A DNA stretch of 64,000 nucleotides, from assembly GCF_009834535.1 (NCBI RefSeq), contig NC_045698.1, positions 15,192,001-15,256,000 of the forward strand, read 5' to 3'. A model generated the notes under the pieces. The model made no database searches. It had not been told where the DNA came from and was given only the letters and a program-made list of their open reading frames with translations. This stretch comes from Camelus ferus. Taxonomy: Eukaryota. The position numbers were made by a program, and so were the translations under genes. Below, piece after piece: positions 40,501 to 53,399 of this stretch (position 1 is its first letter; each line of letters begins with the position of its first letter).

Positions 40501-41989
40501 CAAATTACTCCCCACATTCTTCTAGGTGAAATTCTTAGAATACTTCTGTCTTTATATAATATTTATTTCACTTAAATTTGTCATTTTTTATTGTGTCATG
40601 ACCATAAAATGGGACAGCCATTATGAAAGTAACTAAAATTTGATCAAGTTCTGCTTATTCTCTGATAACCTTTCTACTCCATGTGATTACTCCAGGGTCT
40701 CATTCATTTAATTCTCTTGGTGGCATGAAAGCAAACATTTTGTAGCTTCCTCTACCCTCTTTTACCTATTTCTCCACGAGGTTCCATTAACATATATGCA
40801 TATTTAAATTATAAATTAAAACTAATTTAATTTCTCCTATATATCTATTTTTGCATTTTCTCCTGTAATGCAGTAAATTCTTCATTAGAGCATAACTGCC
40901 AGACCAAGCTTTAAGGTCATTCTTATATAACCAAGTGGTATAATAGGGATGAAAAATCACCCCTTACAATTATAGGAAAAAAAAAAAACAGTAGGGGTGG
41001 AAGGGAGGAATACAATTAGAAGGTAGAAATATTTCCTCGCTCATCTTCAATTCACTAAATGCCTTAATCATGTTTCCATCCTTAAACAGTTTCCATCCTG
41101 TGATATTTAATCATTCATCACATATATATTGATTCTTTCCTGTTGGCCAACCTCTGCTTTTGGCTGTAAAAATTAAGCAGTAAGCCATATAGACAACCCT
41201 TGACCTTAGGGATCTTATATGAAAAGATGCATTAAAGAAGTGTGTGTGAAAGAGTGAATGCACTCACATTAAGTGTGAGCAGTTTTAATTTTAAGTGTAG
41301 TAGTATGGTGTCACCAGGGTTGTCATATCTCATTGGGCGGTGACAAAAATCCAACCACAGAGAGGACAGGTAAGGGAAAATGTACTAGACATTTACCGGG
41401 GCATGTGATCCAGTCCGAGGGAAGTTTAGATGAGCCAAAGTCAAAGTGCTTGGCTATCACTGGACCTAAGGGACAATAGTCTTGAAAGACATTGCCATTC
41501 TCTTGAGAGGGTTTCTGCTGACATTTCCTAAACCTTAAGTGGCAAGGTTTATCTGTATGGAAGATCTGTATGTGAGATGGGGAAAATCTAGCTGATAGTT
41601 AAATAAAGTTTTCAGTAGACTTGATAGGCACTGAGGCCTTGCATTCTGGGATAAAAAGGGCAAGAGGGAAGTTTCTCCACATAAGCAATTATACTTTTTG
41701 TTAATCTGTCCAATAAAAGATGTTTTTATTTGTTTTAATTTCAAAACAAAGAAAACCTAAAAACTAAAGTGTGAACTTAATGTTTATCCCAAACTAGGGG
41801 AAATACTGTTTGCATTTTTAATATTTCTTAAGCTTTCCTTTTCTCCTTGTGTTTATCTGTTATTAAATCAGTGCTTCTAATTGAAAATAATAGTATCTTA
41901 CAATCTGGAATAAATAGTTCATGAGAGCTAAGACCTAACAAATCATAGTGGAGAAATGTAATTTGTTACATGTGGTAAAAATTAAATGA

Positions 41990-42200
41990 TTTTTTTGAAC
42001 CTATTATATGTCTGGCAGTGTGCTGTTTTCAAAAAATTATTTTATTATTTCTGTTCTTCCCACCACCTTGATAATTAGTTATTATTTTTCATATTATACA
42101 TATAAGAAAACTAGTTCTTAAAAAGGCTTATCAACTGGGGTATAGGATTGAGAAATTGATAAAAAATGGGCTTGATCACAAATAAATCTAGTTTCAAAGC
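41990..42200 (-). mobile_element. MIR SINE, degenerate
   Basis: 'ttgaacctattatatgtctggcagtgtgct...ttattatttttcatattatacatataagaaaactag'. Confidence 0.55.
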
Positions 42201-42217
42201 GTATGCTTGTTTTATTT

Positions 42218-42285
42218 TTCATTAAAGTGTAGTCAGTACATTGTGTCAGTTTCTCATGTACAGCCTACATGTTTATACCACAACA
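42218..42285 (-). mobile_element. Very short L1 3'-end fragment
   Basis: 'attaaagtgtagtcagtacattgtgtcagtttctcatgtacagc' resembles the antisense 3' terminus of artiodactyl/camelid-type L1. Confidence 0.55.
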
Positions 42286-42514
42286 TGTAAAAGCCATCTA
42301 GTCTACTTTAATATCTGGGCACTGCATCAGTTTCAGAAATGAATACGTGGGCTTCAATTATAATGCAACCGAAATAAACAAACCAAAATATCCAAGTGCA
42401 GCCTCTTGAAATCTTTTAATTAAAATGTGTAAAGCAGGTATTTTTTTACTGTATAATAAATGAGATACATTATCCATGAAATGGATAGCACCTAGAATAG
42501 GTGCTTATGTGCAC

Positions 42515-42580
42515 TTTTTAAAATTGTATTTTATGTTGAAATGTCATTGATTTACAACGTTAGTTTCAGGTATACAGCAA
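42515..42580 (-). mobile_element. Very short L1 3'-end fragment
   Basis: 'ttgaaatgtcattgatttacaacgttagtttcaggtatacagcaa'. Confidence 0.6.
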
Positions 42581-45087
42581 TTTTATATTAGAGAAAGTCC
42601 GTATCGGTTTCTTCCTTTTCAATCAAATCTTTAAATCATTCTTAGGTCTAAAACAAGTTCATAAGAACTCCTCTAAATGCTTCTGAGTGTAATATATCAG
42701 GTAGAAAGGTAATTTTTCCATACAGATTTTAATTTTTCTGGGACTTTATTTATCATGTCTCAGCTATCTGACTTCTCTGGAAAGCTCACTCATGTTTAGG
42801 TGAACTTTTAGAATGCAGTGGAATGCCCAGCACTCCGCTTCTAGTCCCCCTTGTTTCTCCTCTTTTCCTTTGGAATGAGAATTCTCACCTGATTTGGGTC
42901 AATCATTTTAGCTTTGAAATTATGGACTTAGATTTTAGTTTATTTATCATTCTTTTTTCACAGTAAATTGGGGACAGATTTTAGCTTTTAACTTCCAGGA
43001 CACTCAAAATAATCTGATTTTTTTTTTTTTTGAATGAAGCAACAATTAATTTCATACCTAATTTGTGTCACTTTTGTGTTAAGATACAGACTGATGTTCC
43101 AAAATATCAGTATAACAGGTAGATTCAGCCACTCAGGTTAGTTTAAACACAGAAGCAACATTAGAAATTGAGACCATAATAAAAAAGAATACTTGGGTTT
43201 TTTTCCATTAAGATTATTTAAATTCAAATCATATTTTGGATGTATTAGTTATCAAACTTGGTATCATAAATAAATTGAATACTAGATTGACAAAATGTAA
43301 ACTATACAGATTATGTAGACTCTAGAACCTACTAATTCATATATTTTAAGCAAAAAAAATTATATAACTATGAAATATTTTTCTTCTGCTCTGAATTGGT
43401 TTTGGGGGATAGCTATGTAATTGACACTCACAAAACAATCATAAACACTTAATAATTCCAGTGGATAATTCTAAGGGTGTAAACATTCACTATATTATAT
43501 TTACATTTTAAAGAATAGAATTGATTGAAAAAATAATGTCTGCTTTTTTTTTTTTCAATGCTAGTAATAGAAAGAGATGGCATATAAATACACTTGTCTC
43601 TTTCCTCATGGGCACTTACCTATGTATCTTTAATTGCTGTATTGTTTTAAGTCAGTCAAGAGAGTATTTAGTAAATTAAGGCAAAGCAAATACTGTGAAA
43701 GGCTACAAACTGAAATATTGTACCAATTTTAGTCAATGTCACTCTAAATAATTTTACATTACCAATGGCCTAAACAGAATTAATAAAATATTATTGCAAA
43801 AGTAAATCAGTAAGTAACCAATTTATGCCAAGTTTTACTATTCCCAAAGAAAGTAGTTGACAAAATACATTAACGCATATGGTGTTATAAGTGCCATATT
43901 ACGTATGTGATATTATAACAATGTTCCTTCCTTTCCTCTTTCTAGTTGCTGAGTCCCCTAATTTTCTCATTATTTGAGCACTTAAAATTTATTCAACAAA
44001 TAATTAGGTCTTAATTAACATCAGAAACTGAAAGTCCACTGTGTAAAAGAATCCAAAACACCACTTTCAAGATTTATTTGTAAATTTAATTCATTTTGTA
44101 AAAGATGGACTTTCTCTTCGAGAATAACATAAAAATCAATTCATTCTTCTGTATGTTAATATTGTGTCATTTGGAGTTTCAGTTTTTCATCTTATATCAG
44201 ATTACATGCAGGCGTCTGTAATTACTCTGACAGATGTGCTTTAGAAAATGCAAAAATAAAATGTGGAGATTCATATCAACAGATTTACTATTGGGATCAA
44301 GTGCTTTATGAAGTAAAAGGCTCTGTTTAAAATACCCAGCCTAGCACAATTTGATAGAGATTCTGAATATCAGAGAATTTAAAATAAATTCTTACTTTAA
44401 ACCTGGCATATTTCTTGTAATATGTAATATAACTGAATTGAACATGGCTGTCTGTAAAACTATAAATATGATCAGAAGAGACTCAAACTAAATTAAGTTT
44501 AGCAGCCATCAATTTATTCTAAAATGACACTGACATAAGGAATAGCTTACTGGGGTTTGTAAATCTTATTCTGTAAGCTATTGCTAGAGATGGTCTAGAA
44601 GTTTTCTACTCAGAATATGTAGATCAAGACAAAGTTATTAGTAACACTATTCAGAAGACGATTTTCTTTTCAATGCATGAATGTAGAAGTTTTAATTAAA
44701 GTATTTCCAACATGTATTCCATCTCTAAATGTATTTTAGTTCTAGACAAATGTCATTACTTTAAATATCTAAATTACGTAGTTGAATCTTATCTATTTAG
44801 TTCCCACATGCTCTGTCAGCTGCCACTGCCAAACTGTGGGTCCTGGTCTAAGTGTGAGACACCCATACTAGATGCAATTTTCAAAATTCAGCTTCTCATA
44901 TGGAGTACAATTTGCAGTTTAAATAAGAATGCTTTATGTACTAGAAGAAGCAGTGATAGTAATGCCTTCCTGAAATCATTGAAAACATGAAGAAGAACCA
45001 TAACAGAAATAACAAAATACACAGAAAGACTCTTTAACTTTAAATGTACTCCTTCTGACATTCGAATAATACTTAAATTCAAATAGT

Positions 45088-45280
45088 TTGAGCACTTCCT
45101 TATTTTCTGGCACTACAAAGTGCTCCAAGTTTATCCTGCATAAATTGTTTTCCCATTCTTAGAATAGCCATTTTTCCAAGGAACCCAGGTTCTTTTATAA
45201 AAAATCCAGATCTAAATGCTAGGTGTGCTTCAAGCTAAGGTGGTGTCATTTCTTTAAGGACTTCTCAGCTGACAAGCAAC
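45088..45280 (-). mobile_element. L1MC4/5-like 3' region fragment
   Basis: 'tttgagcacttccttattttctggcactacaa...agccatttttccaaggaacccaggttctttt...gctaggtgtgct'. Confidence 0.7.
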
Positions 45281-45287
45281 AAACATC

Positions 45288-45510
45288 ACATAGTACAGTG
45301 TTTAAAATCATAAACTCTAAAGACAGACACTTGGAGTGGAACTGGCCTTCATTAGTTTTAGCTGATGACTTTGAACAAGTTATTTAGCCAATCTGTGTCT
45401 CAGTTTCTTCATCAATAAATGAGAATAATAACAGGGCTGTCAAAACAATTAAATGAGTTAACATTTATTAGTTGCTTAAAATAATGTCTAGCAAATAGTA
45501 AATAATACAG
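45288..45510 (+). mobile_element. MIR SINE
   Basis: MIR core 'tgactttgaacaagttatttagccaatctgtgtctcagtttcttcatcaataaatgagaataataacag'. Confidence 0.85.
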
Positions 45511-46569
45511 AAATGATCACTAAAAAAACACATGCTTAAAATATTTCATAATTGTTTTGGTGCCATATGAAACTGCTCACGTTACTCTTGTTGATTTACC
45601 TAATTAAAATTAGACATAATGAGCTACTGAATTATCTTCCACATTTGGGATTCAACTCCTCTCTGCTTCATATTAAATATAAATTACACTAATATAGAAA
45701 GAGTTAGAGTTAAAACATTTTGGAAGGTAAGTGAACTTTGAAATTAAAGACGGGTATTCATTTTCAAGTCATTGAATTCATTTATTTATTTCTTGATTCA
45801 TTCAATCTTTATCAATATTTATTCTGTTCCTACATAAATCTGACTACAAAATTGGCTAGAGATAACCACGGTTCTACAAAAAAAAGTTTAAATGTGAAGA
45901 TTGATACTAATGATGTTTATAACTTATGTTCAAAAGGCTTTGAGAGAGAATTCACTGGCAGCTGAAGTGATAGCAGATGAATTTTGAAAAATGTGGTATT
46001 TGCCAAATTATTTGCCTAAGTTTAAACATATAGAAAGATTGAGGAGGAACCTTAGCTGCATGCAGATCAGGTATTACAGTTATGCAATTGGTTATATATT
46101 CATGCAGCATTTAAATAATTCAAAATATATTTATTGAGAACCTAACATTTAGAAGACCTTATAAGAGATGGAAGGATGGCATAGATAGAGAATGCTCAGG
46201 AGCTCTCAGGGTGTGTTTATGGGACGATGTTCCCATGAACAGTTGTAGTATTATGGGAAGTGTGGTCTTGAAATTCAGTAACCTTCCCCCATGCCCTCAG
46301 TCACAAGGACACCTCAGCTGTTCCAGCTTTTCCCACTTTGTATGTTTCAAATGTACTTTCTGTTTGAGATACCTTTTTCCCCCCTTAAAACCCCAGAAAA
46401 AGTGGTAATTGAATTTTATTTGGAAGAAATTCACTAGGCCAGCCAAACTGGAAGGAAGAGTCAACGTTCTCTGCCCACCCCACCCCCACCAGAGGTATGA
46501 GTAGAAGCATGAAGAGTTCACAATGTTAAGCATAATCTCAGCGGTATGGGTCTGGTCACAGAGCTGTAA

Positions 46570-47021
46570 TGTAACCAAGCAGGACCCTGTGGGGCCTTCC
46601 TGGGTCAGACCCATTCTCCCCTATCCTCTATCTGCCTCTTTATTTGTACAAAAGCCATAGTCTTCCAGGCTCCCTTAAGTCACAAAAACCTGGCTCAAGA
46701 ATTAATGATTAAGAGGATGTAGTGACAGAAACAGAAGTTGGACCATGAGCACTGGTAAGAATTTAAACAATAAATCAGCTATATGACAATCACAGAGTCT
46801 TTGGTTCCTTCCTGAAGTACCTACATAACAGTGTCTGATGTTTCCTGAGTTGTTTTGTGGATACTAAAACTCTCACCAAATGGAGGAAGTTAACTACTTG
46901 ATGATCATGAGCACTGTAGCCCCTAGACCTACTGGAGGCTGAGGATTGATACTGATAACCCCTGTGACATCACCCTGCTACCTTAACCATTAACCAGTCA
47001 GAATTGTGTAGCTGATTACAT
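46570..47021 (+). mobile_element. ERV1-type LTR, 3'-truncated
   Basis: Starts 'tgtaaccaagcaggaccctgtggggccttcc'; stops abruptly at 'gctgattacat' before any polyA signal or terminal CA, then switches to L2. Confidence 0.75.
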
Positions 47022-47400
47022 AAAGTTTGGAACTCTGAAGATAGAACTGGTCTGGAGATGTACATTCTGCTGTCTCTAAGTATAAATGAGATTTAAAGCC
47101 TTGAGAGAGAATGTATTTTCCTAGAGAGAGAATTGGCATAAGAAGAAAAGAAAACATAAGATAAACTGCATAGGAAATTCAATGTTAATTGGCACTTGTA
47201 GGAAGATAAGCTAGCAAAGGGGACTGAAAATGAGTCATCAGAGAGATAGATAGAAAAGTAGAATGTGATGGAAGGCAAGGAACTGGACTGCTTCAAGAAT
47301 GGGGAGCTGGGAAATACAGAGAAGGAGCTAAACAGTAATGAGATTATAGCAATGTGAAGATACTCAGGCTAGGCTGGTTAATACTGTTTCATAAAGAAAG
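47022..47400 (-). mobile_element. L2 fragment
   Basis: 'ctggtctggagatgtacattctg...atttaaagccttgaga' and 'gatggaaggcaagg' resemble the L2 antisense body. Confidence 0.65.
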
Positions 47401-48600
47401 TCTTTTACTGAAAGGAATAAATTGAGAAATAAGGTTTTAAAAAGCACGTGATCTAGAAAATAAAATAAAATATATAAAATAAAATTTTAAATTAAATTAA
47501 ATTAAAAAGGGAAATTTAGGAAATGGAGAACAAATATGTTAAAATATGTTTAAAGAGACATAGTTATATCATCTATACCTCTGCAGTGTACAATCTGTGT
47601 TTCTGCTTTATTATGTTTTTAAGTTTTCAGATTCAAAAGTAGTAAGTTTTTACTTTTCTAAATTGTTTTATTATTGGTTACATAAGGAATATTTTCTCAT
47701 TATTCAAGCCTCAGGGTATCAATTACGTTATAACTGTTAAAACATTATTAAAATTACTAGAACTATTAATCCAATGGCTTGATCCACTTGCCATTCTGCC
47801 ATCGGTGGAAAAAAAAATGTCTATAAAATGACGATTACTTAAATAAGAGTGGTTTTATCTTCCAGATTTACATATACATAACCATGTGAATTAGTTTTAT
47901 TAGTTCAACAAACAAAAAAGGCACAACAAAAAGTAATATAAAAAGCAAAACTTGTAAGTGACATATAGAAAAATGCATACGTCTACAATTTGCGGTTCTT
48001 GTGTTATTGTAGTCTCTTAAGTGATGTTATTCATTTTTTCATCCTGGAGTTACTTACATTAAAATGTTATCTAAAACATTATAATGTAATATGTGATTAC
48101 ATTTAAAAGCATGATGAATTTATTTAAAATTGACCCCACTTCAATAGTGTCAGAAGCAGCAGAGTGAAGTAAATTCTTCTAGGACTTCACCTGTTTACTG
48201 CCTGAGATCATCTCTCCTGGTCATAAATCAATATTTATTTCTTTCATCCATCAGTGATCATAAAGCTTTTCAATAATTCTAATTTTAAAGAATAATTATA
48301 GCAAGTATATGGCCATTGATTGCTTAAAGGTTACAGCTAAGATGAACACAAAGTTAATTTTATTTTTAATGAATGAGCTTTTTTGAAAAGTGAAGCATTT
48401 TTCCTCTGACTAAACTTTATACATTATGTATTTGATTATGTGTGATCTTGCAGTGTGTGTATGTGTGTGTGTGTTTGGCCTCAGGACTACATTCCTGTGT
48501 TGCTCCACAGCTGGGGAATTATTCAGCTTAATTGAAAATACTGTTTACCTTAAACAAATTTTTTTAAAGTTCTAAAATTGATTTAAATGCTTTAATGACC

Positions 48601-49348
48601 TGTGGTGATGTTAAACACATACCCACAGATTCTTGATATTCCTCACTTTAAGAACTTAATACTCCTCCCCTTAAGTGTGGGCAGAATGGTGTGACTTACT
48701 TCCAAGGAATAAAATATCACAAAAAAATTGGAATGTAACTTCTGAGATAAGACTATAAAAAACTAGGGCTTTAGTCTTGAGTGCCCTCCCTGCTTTCTCC
48801 TAGGCTTGGTGGTTGATGCACTTTCTCTTCCCTATGTCCCTTCCTTCCCTCTCCATTCTCCTCCTTTCTTCCCCATCCTTTTCTCTTCTTCTGCTTGTCC
48901 TTGTCCTTCTTGTCCTTCTTGTTGTCCACCTCCTCCTTTTTCTCTGTCTCTCTGTCTCTGTTTCTGTCTCTATTCTCTCACACACAGAGCCCAGCCACCT
49001 TGTAAGGAATCCCAGTCTGTCTTGTTAGAGAGACCACGTGAGTACAGAGTGCCTGAAAGGTGACACATGGACAGAATGAAGGGACCCTAGGTGATAGCCA
49101 GCACCAACTCCCGGCTGCATGACTGAGTCTCTCACAAGTAGACTTTCAGTAGTAAAGACTTCAGAGGATGCAACTGGGGCTGACAACATTGCTGCAATCT
49201 TGACTCATGCAAACCTTGAGTCGGAGAAACCTACTTAATCCATTCCATTTTTCCTGACCTTTAGAAACTGTGAGATAAATATTTGTTGTTTAAAACAATT
49301 AAATTTCAGGGTAATTTATTAACATTGCAGTAAGTAGTTCTTGATCAT
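48601..49348 (+). mobile_element. MaLR LTR (MLT1E/F/G-like) with an internal CT-rich expansion
   Basis: Starts 'tgtggtgatgtt', contains 'ctccccttaagtgtgggc...gtgacttacttcc' and 'cctgacctttagaaactgtgagataaatatttgttgttt'. Confidence 0.8.
48820..48985. repeat. Pyrimidine-rich low-complexity tract
   Basis: Directly visible; it produces the spurious ORFs at 48800-49063. Confidence 0.85.
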
Positions 49349-50318
49349 ATGTAAAATTTTAATTCAGAGAAAATATAAATTTAATACAATTTACACTGAT
49401 TGAATTTAAAAACTTTATCAAAATAATTTTTAAACCTCTCCTGTGAATCTAGTGATACACCCAGACGAGACAGTCTCTTAGATCTCCATTAGGGAGAACT
49501 TAACAAGGGAACTATCACACAGTGCTGCAGTCCTCTGTGAATTTTCCATCCACAGATTTTTGGTAGTTCAAATATGTCCTATTTTGTTCTTCCTGAGTTA
49601 TGGTTTTTGTTTTGTTTTGTTTTGTTTCTGAGGCAAGTTAGATGCAGAATATGCTCAAATGAACTTAGATCATTTGCAAGAGTGTCATTCAAATGATGAA
49701 AAAATTAAATAAGTAAGCAACTGAAGAAAGGGAAAATCTGGTAGCTTATAAAAAAGAGGAGGTATAAATAACTTTGAAGTTGGAATAAAGCTGAAGAACA
49801 AATTTAGAAGTTGAACTAACTTATTGGAATAAGGACTGTAGGACTTGAAGTAGAGAAGCTTCAATTTATCCAGCAGTTACTTGAGATGAAAAGGGAAAAT
49901 GTGTAGCAGCAGATATGAGTGGTTAAGATTAGTGTGGGAGCAGCTCAATAAACTTCAGCTGGTCTCCCTGCCATTGAGACCAACATCAAATTGGAAAGTC
50001 TTGGAATGTAGCAAGAAGACCTTAATAGAGGAACCAAATCTCTTATGAGACTGACTCAGGTATCGTGGGATTGCAGAAATAAGGTAAAGATAATGACAAT
50101 AGTGAAATGCCTTAGGCCTTCAGAATTTGTCTTCTTGTACCTACTGTTTGTTTGCATTTGTTTGTAGGGGAAATGGCTGTACAAAATTTCACAGCATAGA
50201 GGAAGGCTGTCGTTATGGAAGGATAGCTTCAGGAAGCACACTGAGAAATAGGGAAGTTGGAACTTACAGGTATGCAACAATAAATGCTGTTTTTACTCAA
50301 GGATTAAACCCTACAGTT

Positions 50319-51303
50319 TGTCAATAAAAAAATCAATCAGTCGATCTAAGAAAGAAATGAAAAATTGTATTCAAGCCAAATTTGAGGGTGAAGAGCATCT
50401 CAAAAAACTCTGATAACTTTCCCTCCCATTAAAAGTCAGAGCACAGTTGCATAAGCTTTTTTTTTGAGACAAAGGGCTGTACATTGAATGACGTATTAGT
50501 GACAGTTTACACAGTCCAGATGGAAGTGTCACCCTGGCTCTTACAAGTCAAGGAAGAATGTTACCTTCTAAGGAGTGGTTGCAGAGCAGCTGCCACTCCC
50601 TGGAGTCCTAAAGCCCCCGTGGCTGGGCTTTCTTCCTTTCTAGACCCTATTGACACCTTAACCCCCACTCCCACTGCAGGGCCCTTTGCGTAACTGCATT
50701 TCTACAAGATAAAACATACTCTCTCGATGTGTTTACCCTAACAAAAGTAGCCGCCCAGGAACTAGCCAGTCTCACAGTGCCCGAGGTGTACAGGTCTCAC
50801 ATCCTGCCCTTGTCGAAGTCCTGAATCACATTGTTCGGAGAGGCCCCCGACAGATCTTACAACCAACCAGGTACCTGTGCACAAACTGATCATGCAGCCC
50901 CTATTCCTTGTGTGCATAAGCCCCTCCCCCCAATAAAAGACCCCCCTGCACACCCATCCCAGGCGCTCACACAGGCTGCGCGGCCCGCTGTTGCCCGTGG
51001 TCGTGCATCTAATGAAACCTCCCCTTTATTCTTATATCCTTGTAGTCTTTGGTTTTTGGTAGATTGTTTTCCTGTCCTGGACCACTGCATTGTGTCCAGT
51101 AGCAGTTGTCTTGTCGGTGCTAGGTGAATGCTGCTTTTTCTGGTTGAGCAGGTGTTACCTACGGCCCATGGGGGAGGTTTGGTAGATGCATAATGCGGAT
51201 ACACAATGCACAGTAGAGGGGACAGAGGAGGTCAAAGGGCAGAGAAAATTTTTTATGTTTTAATTCTTCTTGTCTTGCCATAAAATATGAATTTTATTTC
51301 ACT
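50319..51303 (-). mobile_element. ERV solo LTR A, split by LTR B
   Basis: Starts 'tgtcaataaaaaaatc', ends 'ttttatttcac(t)'; flanked by agtt (50315-50318 and 51304-51307); the two halves join as 'aagga-gttgt-cttgtcgg'. Confidence 0.75.
50580..51104 (+). mobile_element. ERV solo LTR B (525 bp), nested in LTR A
   Basis: TG...CA termini; 5-bp TSD gtggt/gttgt with 1 mismatch; CpG-retaining; AATAAAA at ~50932 and AATGAAA at ~51011. Confidence 0.85.
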
Positions 51304-51685
51304 AGTTCTGAGCAATAAATTGGGTGTTCTGCTTCATCCCTCTGTCTCTGCTGTGTGAATTCTTCCACAGCCGGCCGCAAGAACGCACTCTTTGGTGGGC
51401 TTCCTAATTTAAAGGTTCTTCTATCCACTAACATAACCAGTACCCCTTACCACTGTAATTATCAATCTACTTATGAGAGAAAAAAATGTTGATTCTGAGT
51501 ACCTTGGGGATAATTACTTTGCAAATAAGCACTTAATAACAGACTGTACATGGTTGGGGAAATATAATAAAAAATAAAAGTTCCTGCCGAAGGAGAAAAC
51601 CTCTCCACAAAGGTAGAAGAGAAAGGAAACAATTTTATTATTGAATAATCGTTAAACCAGAATGTGATGTGTATCACAAGCAATC

Positions 51686-52731
51686 CGAAAAACCAGCCTC
51701 TGTGCCTGGAAAAATGAATTCAGACCCGGAGACAGTTTCCGGAGTAGCAGAAAAGAGCAGCTTTATTGCTTTGCCAAGCAAAAGGGAGTCACGGCAGGCT
51801 AGTGCCTTAGAGATTGTGAATCCAACTTGGGGTTGGTGTACGGAGGTTTTATAGAAGAGCTGAGTGGAACAGAAAGACAACAACGAACAGGGCGTTTTTC
51901 TGGGGTGCTATGTTCTTCTTAGTCTTGCTGAATCCACCTGGTGTCATGCAGAAATTCTGTATCTTCTGAGGCTCTCAGCCCATGACTACCTTCTTTAAAC
52001 ACAGCTTCTGGGTTAAAGGATAGGCTATTCTGGGTAAAGAAAGTGTAGGTGTTAGGCAGTTAGATGGAAATGAGCAGCGGGCAAGGGGAGAGGAGGAGGC
52101 GGGGGCAACCCAGAAAATAGCAGTACACCTGCAGTCAGGATAAGAGGCTCCAAAAACTTTTACTTTCTCTAAGTGAAGGCCAGCAAAGAAGCTGGCGAGG
52201 ATCGAATACCCCCTCCTCCGTAGGTTTCTCTGTGTGCATCCTGGGTAGAAACATGCATAGAAGAGATGAGCGTGCCTGCGCACGAGGAACATGAGCTGTC
52301 AGCCAGCCTGAACACTCACAGACAGAAGCCATCAGTCAGTAATCAATCATGAAAACACCCCCTAAGCCAGGATGCAAAAACAGGGAAAACAACAGAACGC
52401 CCCCATTTTTCCTCTCTTAGACTGGCCTGCCCCCAGTTCTTGGGGGTGTACTATAGTTTACTACTTTTTTACTTCACTAATAAAATCTTCTGTCTCTATC
52501 AGGCCCTCTGTCTCCCATTAGAAATTCTTTTTTGTTCAGGTGACTAAGAACCAAGGTAACATTTATTCCCCTCCTCCCGGTAACATTTTGCGTGGAGAGT
52601 ATAATGAAAAGGTTTGGGGTTTGACAGAGAAAAGAGAAAAAACAAGTTGCAAGGATGTTAGGTCAGAATGAATCAGCAGACAGCGTTAGCATCAGGGAAG
52701 CCGTTTTGTTAGTTAGTTTTCTACTCTTTCA
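51686..52731 (-). mobile_element. ERV solo LTR D, nested in LTR C and split by LTR E
   Basis: Flanked by aatc/agtc (51682-51685 and 52732-52735); minus-strand AATAAA ('gctttattgc', ~51760) and TATA-like 'ttttatag' (~51847); right end 'tttca'. Confidence 0.75.
52050..52585 (+). mobile_element. ERV solo LTR E (536 bp), innermost
   Basis: Inverted termini TGTTA...TAACA; AATAAA at ~52479; CpG-retaining; no clean TSD visible. Confidence 0.85.
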
Positions 52732-53399
52732 AGTCCACTAAAGAGATTGTAAAGTCAGAAAGAAATCTCACCTTTTTAGATGGCCAACCAGATAAAAATC
52801 CATCACACCTAGCTTCTTAAGGTATAAATTTAACTAATCCTCAAGTAGAGGACTCGATGGCAATGGTTGTCACATATAATTCATCCTAAATTCATCTGTT
52901 AATCAGACTGACCGTCTGTGATAGCTAATGGCACTATCCAAAGAAAAAATAAATTCCTGATTTTACAATTTGGAAAGAGGCACCCACGGAAGTTAAGCTC
53001 CTCCTCTCCCACAGATGCTGGGAGAGGGGCAATATATCTTATGATGTTTCCATTTCAAAGGAATGGCTCCCAAGTATTTAAGAAACACATTTCTGGGTTT
53101 TTAAGCTGACAAGAGGCTTATTTCGCCTTTATAAAATGGACTTACATTTCAAAGAGAGAGAGGTAGTTATAATCCACATTTTATAAAGTAAATGCTCTAA
53201 GAAAAGGGAGAGGTATCTGCCTTAGTTTTAATAGGGAGAAACAAACCTGTTATTTTTATTGTGTATTTGCCTTCACAACATATATATTTTTTAACCCACA
53301 CAAAAAAACAAACTTCCCAAGATTAGATTTGTGACTTCTCTACCAAGTCTAGCCTCCCAGGAAGACAGAAATATCCTGAGGCCATTAGACCAAAGCCTT

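Larger units (their letters stand above)
51552..53277 (-). mobile_element. ERV1-type solo LTR C (older, MER34-group-like), host of the three-level nest
   Basis: Perfect 4-bp TSD acat (51548-51551 and 53278-53281); the halves join as 'tcacaagc-aatc-cactaaaagagattg'; minus-strand AATAAA (tttatt) at ~51634. Confidence 0.8.

Noticed and set aside
48800..49063. Three overlapping ORFs (R/E-rich, L-rich, P/C-rich)
   Set aside because: Artefacts of the CT-rich tract inside an MLT1 LTR.
50484..53109. ORFs up to 105 aa as possible gag/pol/env
   Set aside because: They lie in or between LTRs, show no retroviral protein motifs, and no matching LTR pair flanks an internal region.
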